64,000 nt of DNA from Podarcis vaucheri (taxonomy: Eukaryota), in assembly GCA_965113315.1 (NCBI GenBank), contig OZ220364.1, one strand, 5' to 3'. The notes beneath the pieces are model-generated. The model did no database searches. It worked only from the letters and a program-made list of their open reading frames with translations, and was not told the DNA's origin. Each line of letters starts with the position of its first letter. The stretch's first letter is position 1. The position numbers were made by a program, and so were the translations under genes. Shown here piece by piece: positions 14,431 through 26,356 of this stretch.

Positions 14431-14468
14431 TATCTGAAGAAGTGTGCATGCACACGAAAGCTTATACC
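14431..14468 (+). ncRNA. Third minimal hammerhead motif, sense to COX10, with stem I shortened to 3 bp
   Basis: TAT-CTGAAGA-A-GTGTGCATGCACAC-GAAAGCTT-ATACC. Confidence 0.55.
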
Positions 14469-17400
14469 AAGAACTAACTTAGTTGGTCTTTAAGGTGCTA
14501 CAGGAAGGAATTTTTTTATTTGGACTTTGGTGTACAGATTAGAAGAAGTTCTTTCTGTTCCATCATTCCAATCCTTAAATTTCTTTGTAGTTCCCTGCCT
14601 TATGCTCACTCACTATCCTAATAAAAAAAAATTCATGAAAATGTATTGATCCAGCACTGAATTATGTAAGCTTGAAAAATAGACCGGTCTGTTTTCAGAA
14701 AACAAAGTGACTACTTTAAACCTAGCTGATTTGTTTATAGTGCTGCTCAAGTCACTAATTCTGAGCAGAGGAGATGGAACATCTGCAACTCACATTGGTT
14801 AGGATCTGGGAAAGCTAATTGCCTCCAATTTGGTTAAAATACAGTGTCAATTACATTTTCAAACAACAGCTTCTATACTCTCTGTTGACAGCAAAGCTGG
14901 GGGGCCATCCATTGAGCTATTTCCTTGCTTCAAAAAAAGTAAATTCACACAGCTATGTGATATTTTACCGAAGCCAATATTTATTCCTTTGCAAATAAGT
15001 AGACTTGCTGCAACTGAAGTAAAATAGCTTGGAGTAGAAATGCCATCTCGAGGGTCCAAGAGACAGTTTGTTTCTCCAAACCTTTTCATTCAGATTGGAT
15101 CACTAAAAAAAATAAATCAAAGTTATTTAAATAATTGTGTGGGGTTTTTTTTTAAGATTCTAAGTTTTTGATTAATGTATTTCCTGAAAAACATGCATAC
15201 TGATAGGTTGCTGAAACACAGGTTAACTATTTATACAATAACCAATATAATACATAATGATAATAATACTTTATGTCAGAAATCTGATTTAAGATTTGAG
15301 TGCTGAGTTTAGTATCCTTTGTTAAATTAGTAATTTTTCTCTAGCCAGATTATCATTAGTATACTAGACAATTTTTAAACATGCCTGCTAAACATGTCTA
15401 TACATTAGACATTCCTTATCTCAGCACAGCAGATGAATGACTGGGAAGGAGAAAAGCTACCACAATTTCCTCTTTGGTAGTCTGCACATCTGCTATTTCA
15501 TGCTAAATCATATTTGGGTTATTGTTATGTGCCATCCATGAATTGTCTGCAAGTTAATAGAAATGCACCATTGTGTTGGGATATTCGGCCTACTGTCCAT
15601 TCTCCATCTCTCTCCAACAATCAAGATCAATCAAGACCACCTTCAAGTTATTACTGATGAGTCTGGATTGCCATGTAGACAAAAAGAGATATTAGCAGCT
15701 CAAGAGTGCTTCTTTTCTAAGCCTGTGCACATCAAAGACAACTCTGCCTTTTCAGACAATTGGTTGTTAAATCCTTTTATCAGGAGATAAAATATTATGA
15801 TGACCGTCAAAATTCCTTACTTAAGTGCTTTTAAACATGGAGCCATTTATTATGTCCCTATGGAGTTTTAGGAGCTCCACTTTACCACTTGGTAGAACTA
15901 GCCCCCTTCTCAGCTAGAAGGATGTATGCAATTATCAATATCTTTGTTGTATGTTTGTACTATTTCGGGAGTTTACAACCCAGCTTAAAATTTTTAGCAA
16001 AAGCATTTTAGATGTAGTTATTTAGAGATAGTTGTATAGAGATAATTTAGAAGGATATTCTTCTGAATTTCCTCATTACCCCTGCCCACTCCCTGCCACC
16101 CAAGCAGTTTTCAAAATTATATATCCACACACTAACTTTCAGGTATTCCACAGGCTGCCTAGGACATTTTTTTCCCTGCAGTGTAAGGTCTGATTGAACT
16201 CTAACCCAAAATATATTCCAAAATATTTTTTTCATGTGGTTATAAATATTTGCAGCCAGCATGAAGTAGCTGATGGTAAAGTACAATGAAAGAAGGGGAA
16301 CATTGTCCTAAAAGAGAAATCAAAGGGGGAAAGAGTTGCTTGAGATACTTTTTCTAGCTGTCCTCAATCTCTTATCCGTTTTATAAGTGTGTTTTACCTC
16401 TAATGCCTGAGGATCTTAATAATTCTACATTTAATACATTAGAAACTCAAAAGTCTGTACAGATTACAACAATGGCAGATTTGGGGTTCTTTATTTGCCT
16501 TACTATTGCCTGGTGGCTTGAAGCCAAATATTATAGCTGAAATGCTCAGCATTCTGCCAAGAACTTGCATAGAGGGCTTTCTGCTGCATCTTGCCCTTCT
16601 TGACCTGGCACCAACTACTATGTTGAGAAGATTAATACAACTCTAGATGTCCAAGAGCAGGCATACCCCTAATTTATTTATTTCTAACGTAGAGAGAGAG
16701 TTAAATAATTCATGGAAAAGAGTTGACAGGATTTCTCATTTTTGTGCCTCCCTCCAAGGGCAGCACCATCTCTCAGGCTTTAGGCATGAGTGGCCGAGAG
16801 GAACTCCTTCTCCCAGTGCCCTGGATTGATGGGAGGAAGCCTGAGTTCTCAATTAAAGCTGTAATTTAGTTTTGCATTTCAATTTTAAAACCAAACAGCC
16901 TCCAGTCTTTTTCATGAGTCATGAACCTTTTTGCATGAGCGAGTGAGGAAATAAGTGAATATGCATATTAGTATTTTTTCTTCCTCATGTAATGCCCACT
17001 TTGTTTGCTTAAATGAGTGCCCTTTTACTTCATTACACTGTTGGTTAATGTAATTCTGTGTCTTTGCAAGAGCAGATCTCATCATCAGTTTTCCTGCTTG
17101 TTCATAAGCGCTTGAAAGCCAGGGAAAGATGGTGACAAAAAGTGCGACACCAGCTTTCCTGCTTTTAAAGGCTGTAATTGATATTGCCTCTGTGTCCCCC
17201 ATCAAGCAAGAAAAGGTAGCTTTAGCAATAAATCTGTAATCCTTGTGCTTATAGCTTTTTTCTCCCTTTTAATTAGAAGATATATCTCATTAGACAAGAA
17301 GGAAATTTCTGATTAAAACCGGTAATTGAATGTAAAAAGATATTTTTCTCTTTCTGTGTTTAAGCGTTTTGTAGGTGACAAGCACCACATACAGCTTCAT

Positions 17401-18900
17401 TAAATGATTACATAATGTGCAATTTTACAACGGTGTTGATTTAAAGCTTTGGGTCTATTTGTTGAATGGCTGGTGGTCACACACAGATGGGCTGTTGATC
17501 TGTTGTAATTCTGACACTATGTACCTATAACAAGAGTTAGTTTATGGGCTTCAGGTTTTTGTTTATTTTTCTTCAAAACAAACAAACAAAAAATCTTCCA
17601 CAAAACAGCTACTGGTATGAGGCATATTTCTTCCAGATTTAGTTTCACTTTTATTATTTTTATTACTAGATTATTCATCCCTTCTGAAAATACTAGTAAA
17701 TGTGGTTTGCATTACTCCAGATGTAAATATAACTCCCTCAAAAGATGTGCTGAGCAAGTTGCTGTGTGCTTTCAGCACTGAGGAATTGCCAGGATTTGAT
17801 TATTTGTGGTGACGCCTTAATTTGTTATGAATGCTGCCTTCATTGTAATTTTCAAGCTAGTCCAAACCTTGTGGAGGCAAGCAGATACATCTGTGTGTGA
17901 AGACAGGCTAATGCCCAACCTACCACACGGGAATTGTGGGAAAGTAAAGTTGATGGTGGCTAGGTTTGAACCATGTCATGGTTAGTGTTGCTCCACCTCT
18001 AGTTAATGACTCATTCTTTTGCTCAGAGTTAAGATCTGCCTGTGCTTTTCTATCGTGTTCTTGGCATAAGTAGATGTATTGTATTATCAGTTTGTTGTAC
18101 TGATTATGTTGTTTGTATTGGCTTGCAGATACTCTGCATGTCTTTTCAAAGCATATTTACTCAAGTGGATTTTACTTTATTTTATTTTATTTCCCCCCAT
18201 TGTGCACACATGTTCACACTACCACCACAAAGCTGAAAATAAATAAAGGGGAAGCCTTCTCCGTCAAAAGTTTTAACTTTACACAAACCCCACCCCGCAC
18301 CCAGCATAAACTAATGTGACTTTGCATATATCACAGTACAGTCTCTATGTAAAGGGGATACACCAAAATATAAATAAAAATAAAGAATACAGATGTACTT
18401 CAGGCCCCACAAAATCTGCAAGTGTTTCAATATTTCAAATATAAACATATCCTGTATGAAAACCATGAAGGAAAAGCAGGAAAACACACTGGACCTTAAA
18501 ATGTAACTCTAACCATGAAACTCTGCAGTTCAGGGAAACATTTTCCCCACTCAGCAGCACCAGAGATGACCTTCCAACCACATAGGTGATACAATATTTC
18601 TCAAGACAGTAGGTTCAGGTGTGTTAGATTCATGCATGCTTGAACTTGTGATGGCAGACTTGTGATACACCACAGTAGTGCATCCGCAGGTGGTACTGGC
18701 ACAAAGAGTTTCAAGAGTCAGACTGAGTGCCTGCCAGCAGAACTTATCTCCAGGGGTCCAAGAGGCAGTTTTAATTTTTATAAAACAAAGGATATAGGTG
18801 CCTACTGGAAGGGATTTTTATTTGTTAGCAAAATGGCCATAGATGCCAGGTGTGTGTTCTTTTAAAAGGTAGTTGTATGCACTTGGTGGGATAATCAGTA

Positions 18901-19234
18901 CAGTGGTGCCTCACAAGACGAAAAGAATCCGTTCTGTGATTCTCTTCGTCTAGCGGTTTTTTCATCTTGCGAAGCAAGCCCATTGAAGGATTAGCGGATT
19001 AGTGCTATTAGTGGCTTTTAGCGGCTTATCTGCTGATTGGATCAGCTGATAAGCGGCTTAGCGGCTTAGAAAAAGGGGGGAAGGGGAAAAAACCAGCAGG
19101 AACTCGCAAGACATTGTCGTCTTGCGAAGCAAGCCCATAGGAGATTCGTTTTGCGAAGCACCTCCAAAACGGAAAACTCTTTCGTCTAGCGAGTTTTCCG
19201 TCTTGCGAGGCATTCGTCTTGCGGGGCACCACTG
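18901..19234. mobile_element. Tc1/mariner-superfamily MITE, family B
   Basis: TA|CAGTGGTGCCTCACAAGACGAA...TTCGTCTTGCGGGGCACCACTG|TA; internal TCTTGCGAAGCAAGCCCAT direct repeats and TTAGCGG short repeats. Confidence 0.9.
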
Positions 19235-20764
19235 TACCAGGCAAAGCACAAGAGCCATTTGTGTTGTAAATTAACGAGTGACAGGGTACTGCCCTAGTTG
19301 CATTTTGATATGGGAAAGATTACCCTAGCATAGCCAAAAGTACTCCTATGTTGATTTCTACCAAAGGTTGAGACTGGTAAGGTTCTCCCTCTCAGTCCAT
19401 TCCACCTCCTTGTGGATGCCTATCTCCCTCTGAAATTTGAACAATTCGGTTACTTCAGGAAGCGTTTCCTTGTACTGTAGGCGAGTGTTCTATATGGCTT
19501 GGGTGGCAAAGACCCTGATGTTACTAACTGTAATTGTGCAAAATCATAAAAGTCATAAATTTTGAAAATTAGGGGTCATTGTATATTTGCTTTAGGTCTT
19601 TAAAAAGCCTTCCTTGGTCATGAGGACTGGTGCCTTATAAAAAAAAAGTTTAGATAATAAAATTCTGGAGTTGGATATGTGGGTGGACATCTGCTCATAG
19701 ATCAGGGCTTTCTCATCTCCCCCTTCCCAGTGTAGACCCGGGGGGGGGCGACTTTAAAAATGTTATTGAGAATTAGAAGACCCTCCAGAGTGATGCTGAG
19801 TGTGGTAAGAAGTGGAAATAACGGGGGGAACCCCCATGGAAATGGACATGCTTTTCTCTCACAAATGCCTTTAGGTTTAAGTACAGAAACATACATACAT
19901 CTGAAATAATACGATACCTATATGACTTCTAAAAGTAAAGGCATCAGTTATCTGTAGAAATTACTGAAGTTTCACCGTTCATGGACCTGCTGTGGAGAAG
20001 GTGTCTAGAGCTCTAGAGCAACTGCATACTTAATGCATTGAGAGCACAGCAAAGATGCAGGTCTTTGCTTTCAGTAGAGCACACAATGGTACCTTGGGAA
20101 AAGTTGTTTCTAAAGATCTTGGAGCTTTCAAAACTTGTCCACAACACCGCTCTGCAAGTGTGAACAGTACAGTGGTGTGGTAATTATGCCCAAACATCCC
20201 CTACAGATGTACTTAATGTGGTTTAGCTTTGCTTACGTGAATGTAGCCGAAACTGTAGGAGGGACCCAGCCTTTCAAGTCTGAACAGCATTATATGAAAC
20301 AATGTTGACAAGGGGGGAAATAGGCTTGTGAAGTCTGTTTGCATTTATAACTAATTGAAGGTTATATGCCTAACACTTCTGCCCCAGAAACCAATATGTG
20401 AATACATTGTTCAAATGAATCATCAAATTGAAAACCTTTCCAGCATCATTAAGGCTTCTATCTTTCATTCATGTTCTGTCTTCACAACAACTTGTTTGGT
20501 GATTCTGCCTTTCCTAATCAGTGCAGTGTTGACATTTTAAAAAACGTGCTCACAATGACTCTTTTTATTACAATAAACTGTTTTGACAGTGTTGTACGCA
20601 GATGAAATTCCTGTCTTGGGGAGCATCCATCTCACCTTTACTGTCATGCTCCCACTTACCTGTTGGCGCAGGACAAATTGTTCCCATTGTCAGCAGCAAA
20701 AATGAAACTATAGCTTTGGGGGAGAAAAGTGTTTCATTGCTGGTGTACCTGCAACCGAAAAGTA

Positions 20765-21006
20765 CAGTGGTACCTCCGGGTGCGAACTTAATCCATTCCG
20801 GAGGTCCATTCATAACTGGAAACTGCTCGTAACATGAGGCACTCTTTCCCTAATGGTGCCTCCTGCTGCTGCCGCGCTGCCGGAGCACAATTTCCGCTCG
20901 CATCCCAGGGCAAAGTTCACAACAAGGGGCATCTACTTCCGGGTTAGCGGAGCACGTAACCCAAAGAATTCGTAAGGGGGACAGTTCGCAACACAAGGTA
21001 CCACTG
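20765..21006 (-). mobile_element. Diverged relative of MITE family A, opposite orientation
   Basis: TA|CAGTGGTACCT...AGGTACCACTG|GA. Interior is colinear with the reverse complement of copy 1 (GGAGGTCC, CTAATGG, GCAAAGTTC, GGGTTAGCGG). Confidence 0.85.
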
Positions 21007-23103
21007 GAAGGAAGGAAGGAAGGCTGATTAAATGCAAATGTGTAGACTAGCATTGCCAGCTGGTTAGGGGCATTTGCCTGGTTGATGCCTATTTTGTCTC
21101 ATTGCGGATAGCTGTCTCAATGCATGTGTTAAAGAGTATGCCATGGAGCACTATAGAATATGAATACAGTCTCGGGGTTGTTGTCTTGCCTGTTAGGTAG
21201 GAGTCTAGATAAAGAACAGGTTTTTGTTTTGTTTTTTACTGCTGTTTTACCCTTATGCTCTCTCTTTTTAGTTTTTAGTTTTTTTAATTCTTTTATAGAA
21301 GCTGCCTTGGGAACTGGAAAAATGAGCTAAGACCATGTTAGATAAAATAAAATATTTATACGGTCATTTGTTAGCAAGATGGGGGAAATTCATCCTTAAT
21401 GCACCGTCTGCTGCCACATATTATAGTTTGGGTGATCTGTGTAGTTACCTGAAGCCTACGCAATTATGGCTTCCTGAACCTTTTATCTTGCAATCCTTTC
21501 TGCACTTACCTGGGTGTAAGTCCCATCAAACTCATTGCAGCATTCTTCTGAGGAGACATTTGTGATGTTCTTGCTATCAGTTCTCCCAAGGTGGGGCAGA
21601 GTGCCTGATTTTCTGAAAGTGTTATCCTTCACTTTGAGTTTACTTCAGTTTTGGATAAGCTGCCTTGAGCATGTTGACAATTAAGAGTCCATTTTGGAAC
21701 AGTGGTGTGCAACCAAGTTGCTATGTACAGTGCTTGATTCAACATACCATTTCTTCCATTTGGAGGCTCAGGGCTGTGCTGCCAAATGAAATAGCAGTGC
21801 TCAAGCACAGAGCTCTGGCATTTTGTCTCTCACAAATGGGCCCCTTATGCTGCTGGTGTTGTCGCTCCTGTTCAGATGGAGGTATACATGTACCCATTAG
21901 TGAGATTCCATTATTTATTATAATAAAATAATAATCAAAATTCCATAATATTGGAAGGTTGAATTGCACAAGCATTTCCTTGAATGCACTTAAGAGTTCA
22001 ACAACCGTGTGCGTGCATGCATGCTTACATCTCCATTTATGCAGCAGAGAAAGTGTAATAAGGGCTGAGAAGTTAATCAATGCCTGTTTTTAGGCTTAAT
22101 TTATGGATGTCCAATCTGTAGCTCCCTCAACCTCCAATTCATTTCTTAATTATGTTTGTAAAGAACAGCGGAAGCCTGTTTTCACCAACTGTGTTGTCTG
22201 CCAGTTCCTATAGATCGATTTTTTCTTTCTTTCATGGCACAGTGAGAGCTGCTGAGCAATACATTGTGATGGACCTGGATAAATTCAGAAATAAGTCCAT
22301 GATCATGTTGCTATTCAGCACTGGAAGACAGTATTTAGCTGTCTCAAAACAATAAAATATAAACACAGTTTAACCAGTTCATTGTAACAAAAGCCCTTGA
22401 TTCAAAGGATTTATAGTCTCACATGAATTAGGTGCCAAAAAAAAAGCCTCTGTGGTTTTGGTTTGGTTTTGTAATACCGACTGCTGTCCACTGCCCAGGA
22501 TGAGTAGGGTTCCATATGAATGCATAGCAATTGTGCAAGGCATGGATACTTGATTCTTACTCACAGGGGATTGCCTTCCCACCAAAGCTATCGTTGAATG
22601 GTTCTTTCCCAGACTGACAGACAATTTTTGGGAAGCCCTGCTGTGTCAGTGGCAGCTTGATCTAAATGAGCAGGAAAGCAGCCTTTTTAGTTCACTGTCC
22701 TGCAGTCCCTGTTGATGGCATGAGGTTAGAGGGGCTCTGCCCCAGCCAAACGCTATTAGAGACAAATGTCAGTGAGCTTTGGACGGAAAAGGCTCTCTGA
22801 TTATTCACTCCATTCAGGCGTATCTTTCCCCAGTAAGCTTTTAGTCACTCCCACTGCCTGTGAGATGTAATCCTTGCAGAGCCAAGGGGGAGGCATGTTG
22901 CATATTCCTTAAGATTACATGGTGCACCAAATAATACACAGACAATGGCTCTTAGCTATGCAAAGGTCATGGGCTTCCTTGACACAGGTTGCTTCTCCTT
23001 CCTGCCATAATGTGATGGTGATTTAAATAATAGTAATAATGACAGACAGCATCTTTTAAAACTAAACTGGCTGTGCAGAAGCAGAGGCCTAAGAAAATGG
23101 TTC

Positions 23104-23308
23104 CCATAGCTCAGTGGAGGAGCAAATTCCATTTTATTACCATTTTATTTTTGTACCCTATCCTTCAGCAGGTTCCTATTATGCCTCCCATGCATCATTT
23201 TCCACATTCAGTTCTTGGTATATTGTGTTGAATAGGAGCTGAATGTGCAGGGCTGGGAAAGACCTTTACCAGAGACCTCAAAGATCCACTGCCAGCCCAA
23301 ATAGACCA
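23104..23308 (+). mobile_element. Fragmented Squam3-like SINE
   Basis: TAGCTCAGTGG head at ~23107 and AGGGCTGGGAAAGAC...CACTGCCAG..TAGAC body at ~23249-23306, separated by unrelated sequence. Confidence 0.5.
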
Positions 23309-26123
23309 GGGACATATGTTCATAATTTGATTTCTGGAATAGAGATGTCCTTTTAACCAATAGTGTCCACGATGCAGAAAGCAGCTCTCAAGGTAGACTG
23401 CTGATTACTGCTATGGCTTTGGGTATGTTCTATGTTCTAAAATGTGCAGTGTTTTCTGTGCTTCCTTTCTTGAAGTGAAGTTTAAAAAATGTAGGGTGGC
23501 ATATGCTGCACTCTGGCTCATCTGTATGTAGCTTATGGAGGGCCCTGGCTTGGTAACTGTGAAAAGCAAGTGAAATAACCTGTTCTGTAAAGTAACAATA
23601 TTCTCTGTCTTCAGCAGAAGCTGGTTGTGTGCCCTTGGGCACTCTTGAGGTGGTGGTTCAGAGCACTGCCAAAGTCAAGGCAGCTGTGCAAATTTTCATG
23701 GAATTTACTTGTTTTGTGAATATGAGCTGGCTTTGACAGCCTTTTGCCTTACAGGGTGGTACATCAAGCACACCACGTATATCCTGTTCATACCTCATCA
23801 AAGTTTTCTCCTAACTCCCGATTACACCCACCCACCCCTAGTGATTTTAGAAATGGATAAAACACACCAGCTGGATCATCAGGTCCCAGGCTATGTCTGC
23901 AAACAGGAGAAAAAATCTGCTTATGACTTGTCAACAGAGCAGATGTTACACTAAGGGAAATGGAACATATTGTCTCCCGTGGGATCTGTCACTGTCACAC
24001 AGGTACTCTTCAGAGTGTGACTGCATTGAATTTCCAAGGGCGGGTGGGGGAAACGTGCCCCTGTTTTTCTATTGCACATTGTGAAAAAAGGTCTCCCCTT
24101 CTGGAATTAAATATTGCAGAGTCAATACTGCAGAATATTGTTTCCTGGATGAAAGAAGCCTTTCCAAATTCCAGATGCAAACATCTAGTCCATGTAGAAA
24201 GTGCTTCAAGTTTTACATCTCCCTAGCATGAACATGGCTTTTAATATTAGGCCTTTAGCTGTACCTCACCTATTGCAATAGCAAAGGATATTTGCACATC
24301 ACGGCTTCTGGGGTCAATTTAGTAATATGGAAAATTGGTAAATAACAGCCAGCCCTATTACAGGCAAGTAGTTGTGTTTTTCCATAAAAATCTCTTAAGC
24401 CCTATAATATTGGCTTTCACAGAGTGTTCTACCAGCTCCTCAAAGAGTTGACACTTGACTTATTTTTATGTCTCATGAAGTGGTGCAAACCTAAGAAAGG
24501 CATGTCCAGAGTGTAAATAGATATAAAAAATATAATTCATATTTTTAAAAGCAAGTTCTGCATTCACAAGACAAGATTTTCCATTTGGATTTTAATGTTT
24601 TCATGTTCGCTTAGTTTGGAGAGATTCTTTTGGAGCTCATCACAATCCCTTTTTGTTTTAAACACCGTGAACAATTTGGTATCACCAAACATGGCTACTC
24701 ACTCCTAACTCTAGATCACATTAATCCATGAAAATTGAAAAGGGGGGAACTTACTGTTATCGTCTGCTTCAAAAAAAAAAAAAGTTTCAGAAGTGTCACT
24801 GAACAATTGAGGAACATGCTTTTAAAAAATGTTTCAGTGTCCTGTTTTTGCTATTTTCTGTTTCAACAATGTTCAAAGTACAGCATCCTTTATAGCTCAT
24901 CTGAAGTGGTAACAAAATTCCTGTCTTTTTCTCTTCCCTTCCCCCTGAACTTCATCATCAGTACATTCAGCTATCTTTACACAGATACTTGAGCCAAGTG
25001 ATCAAGTGATGAGCTTGCCTCCATTTCCAGGGTGCTAGATTCACATGACAAAACTCTGTCACTTCTTAACTAATGTTGTTGTGTAAATATAGGTCCAAGT
25101 GTTACAAGATAGGTGCTTGAATGGGTTCACTGAAAGCTGCATGTATTCAAAAGAACATTTTTTCTTGGCTCAGAAGCTTGTGAGAAAAATCTGATAAACA
25201 TTGCATTCCACTAAATTAAATCGGCAAAATCCACAATTGGGTTTGTAAAGCTGGTAAAATCATGTTCCAGCTTATCAAATTGTTGGCCTGGTCCATTTAA
25301 TTAAAAGTTAAATTGAAGGCAGACATTTATTCCTTCTCCGCATTCTAACACGATCCGTGCACATCCATGCTTAGGCTTATTTTGCAATTGTGTATAAAAC
25401 ACTATGAGGTGACTGGTCTGTGTGGGGCTATAAAAATCTACACCAAACATTTAGATGCTTTATTAAAAATAGTTTCTTCCCCACTGTCAAGAGTTGACGT
25501 AGCCAGATCTGGAACTTTAGTGAAACCCATAGTTTAAGCTTCTAGGATTCCGATAAATTCTGCTAAATCAGGGCAATAAATTTTGAACACAAATTTCTGT
25601 TGAAAGTATTACATTGTGTAATTAAAGCTTGGGTAATATGTAGGCATGTTTCTTTCACTATGCTATAAACAATGTAATAGTTGTTGTGTGTCTGTCTCTA
25701 GGTGAATGTTTAGCTTTAACATGCCTAATGGCAACTTGCATACACACCTGCCTAAATTCCCAGGAAGGGAAGCTCCGCTGCCTATATAGCTTCCTCAAAT
25801 TCCCTCAACATCCCCTGGCAGGAGCGAGAAGACAAAAACTAAGTCAAGACCAGTCTGAATTGGACTGCACCTGACCTGTTTTGCCTGCTGGTCAAATTTG
25901 CTGATTGTTCTCTGTACACCAGTGAAGAAGTTATGCTCTAGTAGGTGTTTGCTAAATGTACATTTATTCTGTGGTTATCACTGTTGCCCGATTTAAGATT
26001 TCTTAATAAAAAAGAATTATCAGGAAAGCATTGGATAAAAAGGTAACAGTAATAAAAATCTGCCCTCAGATCCTTTCACTAACATATTTTTACATTTTCT
26101 TGTTTCTTTCTTTTTTTTTACAG

Positions 26124-26356
26124 CCCTTTGCTTGCTGTGTCTTTTGCTGCCTCCTGTGCTGTTCCAGGAATAGCTCTGCTCACCTTCGGAGTAAATCCTC
26201 TTACTGCAGCCCTGGGAGCCTTCAACATCATCCTGTACACATGCTGTTACACACCGCTGAAAAGAATTAGCATTGTCAATACATGGGTAGGAGCTGTGGT
26301 TGGTGCTATTCCCCCAATTATGGGTTGGACAGCAGCAACCGGCAGTCTGGATGCAG
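26124..26356 (+). CDS. COX10: COX10 internal coding exon, orthologous to human exon 6
   Basis: T-rich tract + CAG acceptor (26121-26123). 233-bp exon; the phase-2 join AG|C gives Ser. Translates [77 protein letters not shown]. Donor G|GTGAG at 26357. Confidence 0.98.

Larger units (their letters stand above)
14227..14523. mobile_element. Penelope-like retroelement terminal fragment in inverted/tandem arrangement
   Basis: 16-bp direct duplication ACTTTGGTGTACAGAT (14211-14226 / 14524-14539). Perfect 96-bp inverted repeat (14256-14351 / 14431-14526). Motifs GTAGCCGTGTT..GTC, GTAGCACCTTAAAGAC and CTGAAGAAG..CGAAAGCTT are typical of reptile Penelope-like pseudo-LTRs. Confidence 0.85.

Noticed and set aside
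14287-14495. Repeats resembling a CRISPR array or a pre-miRNA gene
   Set aside because: No unique spacers, eukaryotic context, and a TSD-flanked retroelement explains them; no evidence of miRNA processing.
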